Shown here: positions 25,327 to 37,121 of the stretch, piece by piece
How positions within the stretch are numbered: position 1 is the stretch's first letter
How the letters are laid out: each line of letters starts with the position of its first letter
Source: Isurus oxyrinchus
Lineage: Eukaryota
Direction of reading: 5' to 3'
Assembly (NCBI GenBank): GCA_026770705.1
Contig: JANJGN010000052.1
Span: 310,001 to 374,000 of the forward strand
DNA length: 64,000 bases
Notes under the pieces: generated by a model
Database searches by the model: none
Seen by the model: the letters and a program-made list of their open reading frames with translations, nothing else
What the model was told of the DNA's origin: nothing
Position numbers and translations under genes: made by a program

Positions 25327-25776
25327 TGTCCACTCCCAGATATTTCCTCAGCTTCTAACTCTGAAGTTCTGAAAGAGAAAGGAGTTAATGAGACCTCACC
25401 TCTTGTCCAACAGCTCTCAAGAGATCAGATCTGCTTTTAGACAATGTCTTCACAGAATAGTTTGATTCTCTGTGGGATGATAGGTGTTCTGCAGAGAGTT
25501 ACAAGGCTTTAAGAAGGAAAAACAATGAAGGACTTGCATTTCCATAGCACCTTTCACCACCTCCGGATATCCCAAAGCTCATGTCTCTGCACTTCCCTCA
25601 TCCCTTGAGCTCGAAAGATGTTCTGTACAACAGACTTGAGCCTCACACCCAGATCTCAATAATCAGTAGAAATCTTTCAAAGGCATCAATCATTGGAATC
25701 TGTCTTTATAAAGTCACAACATCAACAAAGGACGATGTTGGTGGTGGAAGTGAATTCCAATCGTTCCGTTACTTAC

Positions 25777-25860
25777 CCAGGATCTGTCCGACTGCTCGCC
25801 TGGGGAGGAACTGCCCACACGCTCTGCTTGGGCTGAATGACCTCTTCCTGTGCTGCTCCC
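25777..25860 (-). other. Gene B putative non-coding first exon (5' boundary approximate)
   Basis: CTGG|GTAAGT donor; paralog of 9036-9120. Confidence 0.5.
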
Positions 25861-25903
25861 TCTGTGTGTTTAATTAGAAAGGGCTGATGTGTCACTGTGA
25901 GAC

Positions 25904-25917
25904 AAAATGAGGAAGTG
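25904..25917 (+). promoter_or_regulatory. PU.1/Spi-B-type ETS site in putative gene B promoter
   Basis: AAAATGAGGAAGTG. Confidence 0.55.
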
Positions 25918-26134
25918 GGTAATCAGTGAGAAGATTGAGGATGTTTTGTGCTCTCAGCAAAACGTTTACCATGTGATGATCTGTCAGCTCATATTTGGGC
26001 AGCTGTAGTCATCAAGCTTCTCCATTGGCTCCGTGGGATTAGACCCCTCCCCCTCACCTCAGAGGCTGAAGCGCAGGCGATAGACTTCCCAATACAGGTC
26101 TCTGGCCGTATGATACATGTTGACAATCCCTGAT

Positions 26135-27560
26135 ATCATTACTGAAGGAGTGCTGCACTGTCAGGGGTATAGTACTGAGGGAGTGCTGCACTGTGTGAGG
26201 GTCAGTACTGAGTGAGTGCTGCACTATCAGAAGGTCAGTAATGTGGGATTGCTGCACTGTCAGAGGGCCAGTCGTGAAGTATTGCTGCAATGTCGGAGGG
26301 TCAGTACTGAGGGAGTGCTGCACTGTCAGAGGGACAGTAATGTGGGAGTGCTGCACTGTCAGTGTGTCAGTAATGTGGGAGTGCTGCATTGTCAGAGGGT
26401 CAGTAATGTGGGAGTTCTGCACTGGAAGAGGGTCATTAATAAGGGAGTGCTTCACTGTCGGGAGTATAGTACTGAGGGAGTGCTGCACTGTGGGAGGGTC
26501 AGTACTGAGTGAGTGCTGCACTATCAGAAGGTCAGTAATGTGGGAGTTCTGCACTGTCAGAGGGCCAGTAGTGAAGGAATGCTGCAATGTCGGAGGGTCA
26601 GTACTGAGGGAGTGCTGCACTGTCAGAGGGACAGTAATGTGGCAGTGCTGCACTGTCAGAGGGACAGTAATGTGGGAGTGTTGCACTGGAAGAGGGTCCT
26701 TAATGAGGGAGTGATGCACTGTCAGAGGATCAGTAATGAGGGAGTGCTGAACTGTCAGCGGGTCTGTACTGAGTGAGATTTGCACAGTCAGAGGGTCAGT
26801 ATTGAGGGGGTGCCAGACTGTGGGAGGGTTAGTACTGAGGTAGAGCGGAGTGTGAGAAGATATCCTTTCATGGCAAAGTTTAACTGGAATTTATTTAAAC
26901 AGAGATTCTAGTACTGTGTGTTATTGCTAAAGAAAGGATATGAGGAACTAAGTCTAGTTCCCCTCAGCCTAAAAATAATGTTCTCCGATTTCAATGATTT
27001 AGCATTGAAACCTCCCTCTTTGGGCATCAGTCTTGATTTAAACAACTCGCACAGCACTGTGGGAGGGTGAGTACTGAGGATGTGCTGCACTGTGGGAGGG
27101 GGAGTACTGAGGGAGTGCTGCACTGTGGGAGGGTGAGTACTGAGGGAGTGCTGCACTGTGGGAGGGTGAGTACTGAGGGAGTACTGCACTGTGGGAGGGA
27201 GAGTACTGAGGGAGTGCTGCACTGTGGGGGGGAGAATCCTGAGGGACAGCTGCATAGTGGGAGTTTGAATACTGAGGGAATGCTGCCCTGTCAGAGTGTC
27301 TGTACCTAGGGAGTGCTGAACTGTCGGAAAGTCATTAGTGATGGAGGGGTACAGTATCAGAGGGTCAGTATTCAGGGAGTGTTGCACTGTCAGATTGTCA
27401 GCCATGAGGGAATCCTGCATGGTCAGAAGGTCAATGATGACGGGGTGAAGCCCTTGAAAAGGGTCAATAATGAGGTAGTGCAGCACTGTCAGAGGGACAG
27501 TAATGAGGGAGCGCTGAACTGACGGAGGGTCAGCACTGAGGAAACGCTGCACTGTCAGTT
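26135..27560. repeat. 33-bp minisatellite with one copy of the ~220-bp block
   Basis: Paralog of 9395-12112. Confidence 0.9.
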
Positions 27561-27914
27561 CTGAGTGTGATCTGCACTGCCCTAAGTGCATTCTAGGCAC
27601 TGCCCAAGATTCCGCCTGATGTCCGTGTAACAACAACATCATGTACACGTCGAGAATATTTCTCACTGTGTCTGTGCAGCAAGACAGCTTTGGAATGGCA
27701 CCACCACTGGCAGGAGTGTGCAACTACAATGTGACATGTTTACATTGGAAGTTTCTATAATAAGGATGGGCACAGGAATTTATATAATAGAGAAAATGTG
27801 ACAACAAGAAGCTTTTCTTTGAGGCAAGAATTTGGCAGCAAAATAAGAATATTAATCTATAAATAGTTACAGAACAGGCTGAGCATTTTAATCACTTGTG
27901 TTAATCAATGTAAT

Positions 27915-28257
27915 TTTATTCATAACCCAAATGCTTCTTACAATCTATCGCAGCATGAAAAAGGTGCAGCATTCAGAAAGCACATTCCAATCAGAGAACA
28001 GAGTTTAGCAACGTCACATTTCTGTTCATTCCTATTCGACCATGTTGGCTGCACACAGCCAGACAATGCCGTGGTTATGATGTGTCCACACAGCAGGACT
28101 GGGGAGCACCAGGTATAAGGAAAAGTTTCAGCTTGCTGAGGAGAAGAAGGAGAATCTCTCGTTCCAGGTTTCTCTCCGTACATTAAGAAGCAGGCATGCC
28201 GATGTTTCATTGCACTCTGTCTGCTGATGGGAGTCCTCTTGGAAATTGCTGTTTGTG
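27915..28257 (-). other. Gene C putative terminal/3'UTR exon with polyA signal
   Basis: TTCTTTCCATCAG acceptor; AATAAA at 27920-27915; paralog of 12466-12808. Confidence 0.5.
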
Positions 28258-28274
28258 CTGATGGAAAGAATAAG

Positions 28275-28880
28275 CTTTTCATAAATCGAGGGATTGAGAA
28301 CAAACACAGGGAGGTTATGCTGAACATTTATAAAGCTCTGGTTAGGTCACAACTAGAGTATTGTGTCCAGTTCTGGTCTCCTCACTTTGGGAAGGAAGTG
28401 AGGGTCCTTGAGAGGGTGGGGAGGAGATTGAGCAGAATGGGTCCAGGGATGAGGGATTTTAGCTACAAGGTTGGGTTGGAGAAGCTGGGGTTGTTCTCCT
28501 TGGAGCAAAGGAGATTGAGGGGGTACTTGATTGAGGTGTACAAGATGATGATGGGTTTAGATCAGGTAGACAAAGAGAAGCTGTTGCCATTAGCTGATGG
28601 GTACAAGGACTGGGGGACACAGATTGAAGGTTTTGGGCAGAGGGGGGATGTGAGGAGGAACTTTTTTACACAGCGAGTGGTTATGAGCTGGAACTCGCTG
28701 CCTACGAGGATGGTGGAAGTGGAGACGATGAACGATTTCGAAAAGAAATTGGATGGACACTTGAGGGGAAATAAACTCACAGGGATACGGGGATAGAGCG
28801 GGGGAATGGGACTGACTGGATTACTCTACAGAGAGACAGCATGGAGTCGATGGGCCAAATGCCGTCCTTCTGTTCCATGA
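28275..28880 (+). mobile_element. CR1-type LINE 3' fragment
   Basis: ORF 28227-28796 carries CR1 RT C-terminal motifs. Confidence 0.9.
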
Positions 28881-28903
28881 TGAGATTGTTGCTGTACAAA
28901 GCT

Positions 28904-29043
28904 TCAAACAGGCTGTCGACTTCCTTTCACTGTTTGTCTCTCCCAGACACAGACTCCAGCGATAGTGATAACCACAGCCACAAGGAATATCACAGCTCGT
29001 ATTCCCAGGATCAGGATCACGTGCAGAATCTCTCCTCCACTGT
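28904..29043 (-). CDS. Gene C TM exon with charged Arg and short tail (activating type)
   Basis: Phase 1: SGGEILHVILILGIRAVIFLVAVVITIAGVCVWERQTVKGSRQPV-stop. Confidence 0.88.
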
Positions 29044-30161
29044 CTAGAGAACACACAGAAAGAAATCATCACTGACTCTCCGCTTTCAATCTCTCACTCT
29101 GGCTGAACAATTAAGCTTCATATCACTGCAACATTTGCTGTAATATTGACCCATCCACTGGGATTCAATGTGGAATGAATGTTTTCATTGTAAACACTCT
29201 AAGAGTGGACAATCGGAACTTTCCCCTTAGCGTGGAACATTGGTGAGAATGGATCATTGTGCTGTTGGACTCCCTGTCCAATGTTTCTCTCCATCGCTCT
29301 GTACAGGATTGTGCTGTAGAAAATTCTGGAAACGTTTAGTGCAGGGTGGAAATCCATCTCGGACGTGTGTGCGAATCGGGCAGGATCGAGATGGACTCCC
29401 CCACGGACTTACACCCCCCGCTTAATAAACAGTTCCAATCTTTACCCAGAGAGAGGGGAGAATGTGGAACTCGCTCCCACAGGGAGTGGTTCAGGTGAGT
29501 AGTAGCAAATTGGGAAGTGAAATTGCTTGAAAAGCTGGGAGATGCAAGGGTTAAGTGCTACCATGCCACCACTGGTGGGAGAGTGTAACTGCAGCGTGAC
29601 GTTTACATAGGCAATCCCCATTATGAACAGGGACATTGGACATCATGTGCAAAATGGGCTCTGGAAAGATGAGAACATGATGTAAGCTTTTCACCAACAG
29701 AAATGTCTTCGTAAACCTCTCCATCTCTCTCTTACTGTCAGATACTCAAACAACATTTCACACAGAATTACATAAGGAGGAGTTGGGACAGGTGACTGGT
29801 CAAAGGGTTAGGTTTCAGGAAGCTTTTTAAAGGAGGATAGAGAGTTAGAGAGGCAGAGAGTATCTGTGAGAATCTCTGTGCATCTGGGTGTCTAATAGAC
29901 TTTGCAATTTCCGCGTTCTTCCATAAACTTGAAAGGGAATACAACTCCCAGAATCCATGTCAACTCTCCGGTGCAGCACTGAGGGAGGTCAGGTAACCCA
30001 TGGGGGAGAATGTGTTAGTGTGTTTGTTTGTGAGTGTGTCCTTTTGTGTGCTCATACATGTGGGATTGTGTGTCTGCACGTGTCTATTTAGGTTTGTATA
30101 ATTGTGTGTGTTTGTTTAGTGTTTGAATCTGAGAGAGCTGTTGAAGTCTGTGTACACTCAC

Positions 30162-30312
30162 ATTCCACAGTGATGGTTATGAAACCCTCCACTGCTCCAT
30201 GATCATTCTCTGCCACACACTGATAGTCTCCAGTGTCCCTGGATGTAACATGAGGAATCACGAACCACAGCTCATTGTTGGAACTTGTTCTGTTCATTGT
30301 GATATTCAGATG
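30162..30312 (-). pseudogene. Gene C truncated Ig exon (C-terminal half only)
   Basis: ..VTSRDTGDYQCVAENDHG..ITVE with GTGAGT donor; in-frame TGA upstream. Confidence 0.75.
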
Positions 30313-30637
30313 TCAGGGCAGGACTCAACATGACAGATCACAGGTTTACCAACAGGAAGTGAACAACAATTTATATTTAATGGGAAGAGAGTGCTGATTG
30401 ATTGGCAAGTGGTCTCTGATTGGAGGCGGTGTTGCCATGGAAAATAATGTGTGCGAGCTGTAAACTTTAGACAGATTGTCTCTTCATTCAGTAATAATCA
30501 TATAAAGATCAGTTAACTTCTATCGACTGTGAAGCACTTTGAGAGGTCTGAGAATGTAGATACTGAGAACGGGCTGCACTGTCAGAGGGTCAGCGCTGAG
30601 GGAGTGCTGATGTAGAATGAAAGGTGTCGGTACTTAC

Positions 30638-30934
30638 CTTGCACAGTTAGTACGAGGGTCCGCTCCGATGAAACAGATGGATATCTCACTCTGCAGCTGA
30701 GAGTGTGTCCGTGGTGTTTGAGTGATGGGATCAGGGTCAGAACAGAAGTATAGGTCAGAGTGACACCATGCTGAGTTACAGTGTTTGAGACTGATCCAGG
30801 TACGTCAGTGGGAGTGTCCCAGGTTAAGACAGGTGCTGCTGTTCCATTGCACGTTGTGTTGAAGGTGCAGCTTACATCCACACACTTTCCTGCTATAATT
30901 TCAGCAGGGAATATCGTGGGTTTATCTGTGAAAT
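30638..30934 (-). CDS. Gene C Siglec C2-set exon
   Basis: 297 nt, phase 1-1, canonical splice sites; extra Cys (GKCVDVSC). Confidence 0.9.
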
Positions 30935-31747
30935 CTAACAGACAGAGAATGGATCCTTTTAGAGAAATATAACGTGAAACATCAGTTCAAATAGAAACCA
31001 CAGTCCCACAAGAGAAAGCACTTTTACAAGGATGATATCAGAACTGAGAGGTTACAATGATCAGGAGAGAATTTCCTAATTTCAGACTTAGTGGAGTTTC
31101 TGTCTCTCAGATGAATTCACTTCCACTTTGAGACAATTGAATTGACAATCCCAGGTGAGGGTGGGGGAGCAGCTCACAGTTCCTGACACACTGGCTTGTT
31201 ACTTTCTCCGAAATCTGCCAGATTAAAATTCTATCCTGTTCCCAGCAGGAGAGAATCCATTTGAACCAATCACTGAACCGGCATCTAAAACAGATGATCA
31301 GGTTATTGATCACATTGCTGTTTCTGGGAGCTTCCTGTGAATAAATTGGCTGCTGTGTGTCCCATATTACAACAAGGGCAACATTTCAAGAATTATTTCA
31401 TTGGTTGTGAATCCATTTGCAACGTACAGAGGTGTTGAACGGCGCTATAGAAATGCAAATCTTTCTTTTGTCGATATGTAAGACTGTCATACAGGGTTAG
31501 GGAGATCGATGGGAGTGGATAACCTGATAACATTGATGGACACAGTCAATACATTTAATCATTCATGTTAAAGTGAGTAGTAGAGGTTGCTTTAGGACTG
31601 AACTGGAAGCTATCACCAGGTTATTGAGAATCAGACAGTGTGTTATAATAAGCCGTGTTTTGTGTTAATATGTAAGCGTCACAGTTTGTGTTATTTCCCA
31701 TTGAGTGTTGAATGTGAATTGTTGAGTAATTATAACACAGCACTTAC

Positions 31748-32116
31748 CAGAAACGTGAAGCTGGGTTACAGGGTAATAGTTATGGCTCGGACCATTGTCA
31801 AATTCTATTCTGAAAAAATAAGGTCCTGCATCTTCCCGTCTTACGTTGTTTATAATCAGGGAACAGTCGCCATCTTTCAGGTCTCCAGACAGCCGGGTCC
31901 GATGGTGGAACCGTGGTAACTCGTGACTGTGATCCTCGGAGTGAAAGGCAATGGGAGCCCAGGGAATCTGATTCTCATTATTAAACCAGACTCCACCTCG
32001 CGGTTGGTTTTCCAGACACGATGGATAACTGTAATGACATGGAATCTGTACACACGAACCTTCCTGCGCTGTCACCTCTCGTGGAGTGTCACCTTTCCAC
32101 TCTTGTGACAGTCCAA
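31748..32116 (-). CDS. Gene C Siglec V-set exon V5 (second, internal V)
   Basis: 369 nt, phase 1-1, YFFRIE; extra Cys in YPSCL. Confidence 0.93.
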
Positions 32117-32178
32117 CTGGGGAGAGAAATATCAATATTTAACTCTGGATGGTTTGTGGATCCACTAGACTCAAATTT

Positions 32179-33000
32179 ACAGATGAGGCTGAATTGGGGG
32201 GATGGTCAATACTGAGGAGGACTACAACAAATTATTTTGGCATGAAGAATAGAAAAACAGGATATTATTTAAATGGAGAGAGGCTGCAGAATGCAGTACA
32301 GAGGGATCTGGGTGTCCTTGTACATGAATCACAGAAAGTCAGCATTCACGGAATGAGGAAGGCAAGTGGAATGTTGGCCTTTATTGCAAAGGGATGGAGT
32401 ATAAAAGGAGGGAAGTCTTGCAACAGCTGCACAGGGTGAGATTGTATCAGGAGCAGTGTGTACAGTTCTGGTCTCATTACTTAGGGAGGGATAGACTCTG
32501 CATTGGAGGCAGTTCAGAGGAGGTTCACTGGGCTGATTCCTGGGATGAAGGGGGTTTGTCCTGTGAGGAAATGTTGAGCAGGTTGGGCCTGTATCCATTG
32601 GAGTTTAGAAGAATGAGGGGTGACCTTATTGAAACATATCTGATTCCGAGGGGGCTTGACAGGGTGGATGCTGGGAGGATGTTTCCCCCTCGTGGGGGAA
32701 TCTAGAACCAGGGAGCACAGTTTCGGAATGAGGGCTCTCCCATTTAAGACTGAGATGAGGAGGAATTTCCTCTCTCAGAGGGGCGCTAGCCTGTGGAATT
32801 CTCTTCCCCAGAGAGCAGTGGAGGCTGGGCCATTGAATAGACTCAAGGCTGAGTGAGGCAGGTTTTTGATCGACAAGGGAGTCAAGGGTTTGGGGGACAG
32901 GCAGGAAAATGGAGTTAAGGCCACAACCAGATCAGTGAGAGCAGGCTGGAGGGGCCGAATGGCCTGCTCCTGTCCCTATTTCTTATGTTCCTACATTCTT
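32179..33000 (+). mobile_element. CR1-type LINE 3' fragment
   Basis: Paralog of 735-1562. Confidence 0.85.
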
Positions 33001-33074
33001 ACCTTCTTAAAATTTTAAAGCTGCAGAATAAACATGCAAGTGACTGACCCGCTCGACCCACCTTCCATCTGGGG

Positions 33075-33460
33075 GTCCCATGGGGAGGACCCTTCCTGAG
33101 CCAGATCCACCAGCCAACATGGTCTGGATCCGAGCACAGGAGACACGGTGGGGAGTGACTAACAGGCTCCTTGTGACAGGCCCCATCTGTCCAATGGCTG
33201 GCTTTCAGCTGCCAAGGCCAGAGTGGTCCTTGCTAAAACCGGCTCAGGACAGGCCAGGACCCCTGTGCAGACCCCCTCCAGCGCTGCAGCCTCTGTACAA
33301 ACCCCTCATGCGCTTGTGGAGAGACACAAACAAGGCTGCGCATTACCGAGGAGAATCCCCTCTACGGACTAAGGTGCTGACTCATCACCTTAAACTCCGC
33401 AAATGAGGAGGCTCTCGCTCGGTATCGGGGCTTGGCATTCGCTCAATAAAAATAATCAAA
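33075..33460 (+). mobile_element. RTE-like LINE 3' fragment
   Basis: GFQLPRPEWSLL followed by frameshifted RLRTG, then an A-rich tail; absent from the gene A intron. Confidence 0.5.
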
Positions 33461-33539
33461 TTACATTTTGGTCAGAAATCTAAGGAGGTTGTACATTCCC
33501 TCAAAAATAAGACTCGAGCTGGGGTCTAGGGTCAAAGGG

Positions 33540-35195
33540 CAACAACTTATATTTACACAACAACTTGAACATGACAAATCACCCCAAGGTGCTACACAGG
33601 AGTGTCATAAAACAAAGTATGTCACCCAGACACATGTGGAGATATTAGCGATAGCTGACCAGAAGAGGTCGGTGTTATGGAGAATCTTCAAAGGGGGATG
33701 AAATGGATAGTGAGAGAGAGACAGAGCGATAGAGAGAGTGAGAGAGAGGGACGGAGAGGGGTTGAGGGAGGGTATTACAGAGCTCGGGTCCCAGGCAGCT
33801 GAAGGCACGGCCGCCGATGTTGGAGTGATGGGATCGGGGGATGGTCAAGAGGCTGGAATTGGAGGAGAGCAGAGACCTCAGAGGGTTGGAGGGGCTGGAG
33901 GAGGTTACAGAGATAGGGAGGGTTGTAGGGGCTGGAGGAGTTACAGAGATAGGGAGGGTTGTAGGGGCTGGAAAATTTAAGAGAGATTGGGAGAGTGTAG
34001 GGTATGGAGGAGTTCGCAGAGCTAGGGAGGGTTGTAGTGGCTGGAGGAGGTTGCAGAGATTGGTAGGTTTGTTGGGCAGGATGAATTTACAGATATAGGG
34101 AAGCGGTAGAGGCTTGAAGAGGTTACAGAGAATGGGATGGTTGTAGGTACTGGAGGAGGACGAGAAGATTACAGAGATAGTGAGGAAACAAAGATGAAAA
34201 TTTGGACGTTGACATTTTGCTTGACCAGGAGCCAGTCTCGGTCATCGAGCAGAGCGGGTGATAAGGGAACGGGACTTGGTGTGAGTAAGGACGTGGTCAG
34301 CAGTTTTGGATGGCCTCAAGTTTATGGAGTGTAGAGCGTGTGTTGGAACAGTCGAGACTGGAGGTAATGAAGGCATGGATGAGGGTTTCAGCAGCAGATG
34401 AGCTGAGACAGGGTGATGTCGTGCGATGTTATGGAGGTGGAAATAGACGGTGTTAGTGAGGGCGCAGATATGAGGCCGGAAGCTCATCTCAGGATCAAAT
34501 GGGACAACAAAGCTGTGAACAGATTGGCTTCAATCTCAGAGACCTGCCAGGGAGAGGAATGGAGTTGGTAGCGAGGGAACAGAGTTTGGAGTGGGGAATG
34601 AAGACAATGGCTTCAGTCTTTCCAATATTTAATTGGAGGGAATTTCTGCCCATCCAGTACTGGATGTCGGATAAGCAGCCTGATAATTTAGCAGCAGTGG
34701 AGGAGTCGAGAGAGGTGGTGGTGAGGTAGAGCTGGGGATCCTCAGTGGACAGGTGAAAACTAACACTGTTCAGATGATGCTGCAAAGCCATTGCAAGTGA
34801 TTCTCTGGCTACGATGAGATGGATAAGAATGGAGCCAGGGGAGAGCAGTCCCACCCAGCTGGACGACAGTGGAGAGGGGTTGGAGGAGGATGGTGTGGTC
34901 GAGCGTGTCAAAGGCTGCAGACAGATCGAGAAGGACGAGGAGGGAAAGTTGACCTTTGTCACAGTCACACAGGATGCCATTTGTGACCTTGATAAGAGCT
35001 GTTTCAGCACAGTGGCTGGGGTGGGAACCTGATTGGAGGGATTCAAACATGGAGTTCCGGGAAAGATGGGAAAGGATTTGGGAGATGGAAACACGTTCAA
35101 GGACTTTGCGGGGGAAAGAGAGGCTGGAGATGGGACGGGAGTTTACACGGACAGTGTGAGGGGTGGAAGGTGTAGCGGGGAGGAGACACTTCACT
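33540..35195 (-). mobile_element. L2-type LINE fragment with internal 37-bp tandem expansion
   Basis: LVLLDLSAAFDT motif; paralog of 1634-3530. Confidence 0.85.
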
Positions 35196-35414
35196 CAGGG
35201 GGGAGGTGTCATCACCCCTCAGCTCGGTTTACGTTACAGCTTTGATGTGGATTCAATCACACACAATAAGCTCATGGATCTGGGAGCAGAAATAGACAAA
35301 TCATTAAAAATAGTGACGCTGGTTACCACGGCCAAAAAACAAGCAAATCAAACACTATTATTTCCCATTGAGTGTTGGATGTGAATTGTTGAGTAATTAT
35401 AACACAGCACTTAC

Positions 35415-35789
35415 CAGAAACGTGAAGCTGGGTTTCAGGACGCTCGTTGTATCTATTCCTGCTGTCAAAATCTGTTCTGAATAAATAATATCCTGCATCT
35501 TCCCATCTGACATTGTTTATAATCAGGGAACAGTCACCATCTTTCAGGTCTCCAGACAGCCAGGTCCGATGGTGGAACCGTGTTAACTTGCGATTGTGAT
35601 TCTTGGAGTGAAAGGCTATAGACCGTTCATTCCATGTTTCCCAATTCCTTCTCATATACCAGATTCCGACTGGTGATCTCGCTACTAAATATGATGGATA
35701 ACTGTAATTACATGGAATCTGTACACACGAACCTTCCTGCGCTGTCACCTCTCGTGGAGTGTTGACTTTCCACACTTGTGATAGTCCAA
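35415..35789 (-). CDS. Gene C Siglec V-set exon V6 (N-terminal, divergent V)
   Basis: TAG acceptor, GTAAGT donor, 375 nt, phase 1-1. DAGYYLFRTDF retains the Arg. Confidence 0.92.
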
Positions 35790-36192
35790 CTACGGAGAGA
35801 AATATCAATATTTAACTCTGAATGTTTTCTCAATCCACTATACTCAATATCCACCCCCTCCATCACTGGGGCACAGTGGCTGCAGTCTGGATAATCCACA
35901 GGTCACACAATGAATGCCCCAAGGTTTTACCACAGATCGAAGAGAATTCTGGACACAGGAGTGGACAAGTTCATTCTACATTGGCTCATGGCCCTCAGGA
36001 ACCTATTTAGTGAAGTCAGTCTGCCACCCAACATAGTGTCTACAAGACGCACTGATTGAAGTGAGTTCACTGCTGATTTACAATGTAGGACAATGGATTT
36101 GGAGCCTTCAGAATTCCCCCATTATCACCATCATGAATCACTAATTGGCCTAGCTGTCCTAGATCCTCAGTGTCTAATGCAGTGGTTCCTAT

Positions 36193-37117
36193 TGTGATGT
36201 AAGTATAATAATTTTCATAATATTTTATAGTATATTGTGAAGTAGGTTTATGGGGGTACGCATGATGGGTCTGCATGTGATTTAAGTACATTTGGAGTTA
36301 ATTAGATTGGAAGTTTAAAATGATCAAAAGGAGCTAGGTGCTTGACATGCTATTGAGGAAACATGGATGCTGCTTAGCATGGAAGGTATGAAGAGAATTT
36401 GCATTTTTATTTCAATGAAGGGGTTGTTGGATTTCAAAGGAATCTTAGCTTGTTTACAACTAGCCAGATAAGCAAGACTAAGGAATGTGCTTATTTTTCT
36501 CAAAGGCTCCTGGCAATATGGGCACCACGAAAGAGTTTGTTATGTGGAATATACAGTTTCAAAAACATATGGAACAATAGAATTTTCATGTTACAAAGAG
36601 AGAAATATATATCTATCAGGGAGAATGAAAGGCTATGTGTCAGAATGCCATGTAAGATCTAACACGAGTGTGTGATATAGTCTTAATGAAACCACTAGCA
36701 TTTGTGCACAAGCCTGCTATCCAACAGAACTGAAGTTGGGGAAAAGCCACTTGGAATTCCTCTGTGCAGGGTATTGCTATTATATTGTGTTAACTTGCTG
36801 AGTTGTTTTAAATCTAACATCTATTTTTAGTCTGTTGCCTTAAAGGGAGTGTAACTGGGAGTCAGGTTAATTAGGAATTTTAAGAATTATTATAGTGGTA
36901 ATTGTAGAGTTATGTATGTGCTTCAAATCTTTTATTTTGAGAGCAAGAATTTTAATTTAATTTTCAAATCGCTAAAGGTCTTTGTGTAATTATTGCTTCT
37001 GAATTCAGTGCACACATCTCATAATAAATACAAATTGCAAAATCATTATGATCGTGTGACCACCTTTCTCTCATGGACTTGGTCTGCCTGGCACACATCA
37101 CCTGCCAAGTGATAACA
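36193..37117 (+). mobile_element. Solo LTR-like element
   Basis: TG...CA termini; similar to the inverted element at 53999-54960. Confidence 0.6.
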
Positions 37118-37121
37118 CTGT

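Noticed and set aside
304-35789. Rearranging Ig/TCR/IgNAR V segments
   Set aside because: V exons encode complete domains ending in GT donors, have the Siglec Cys pattern without the YYC motif, and I saw no RSS, D or J segments.
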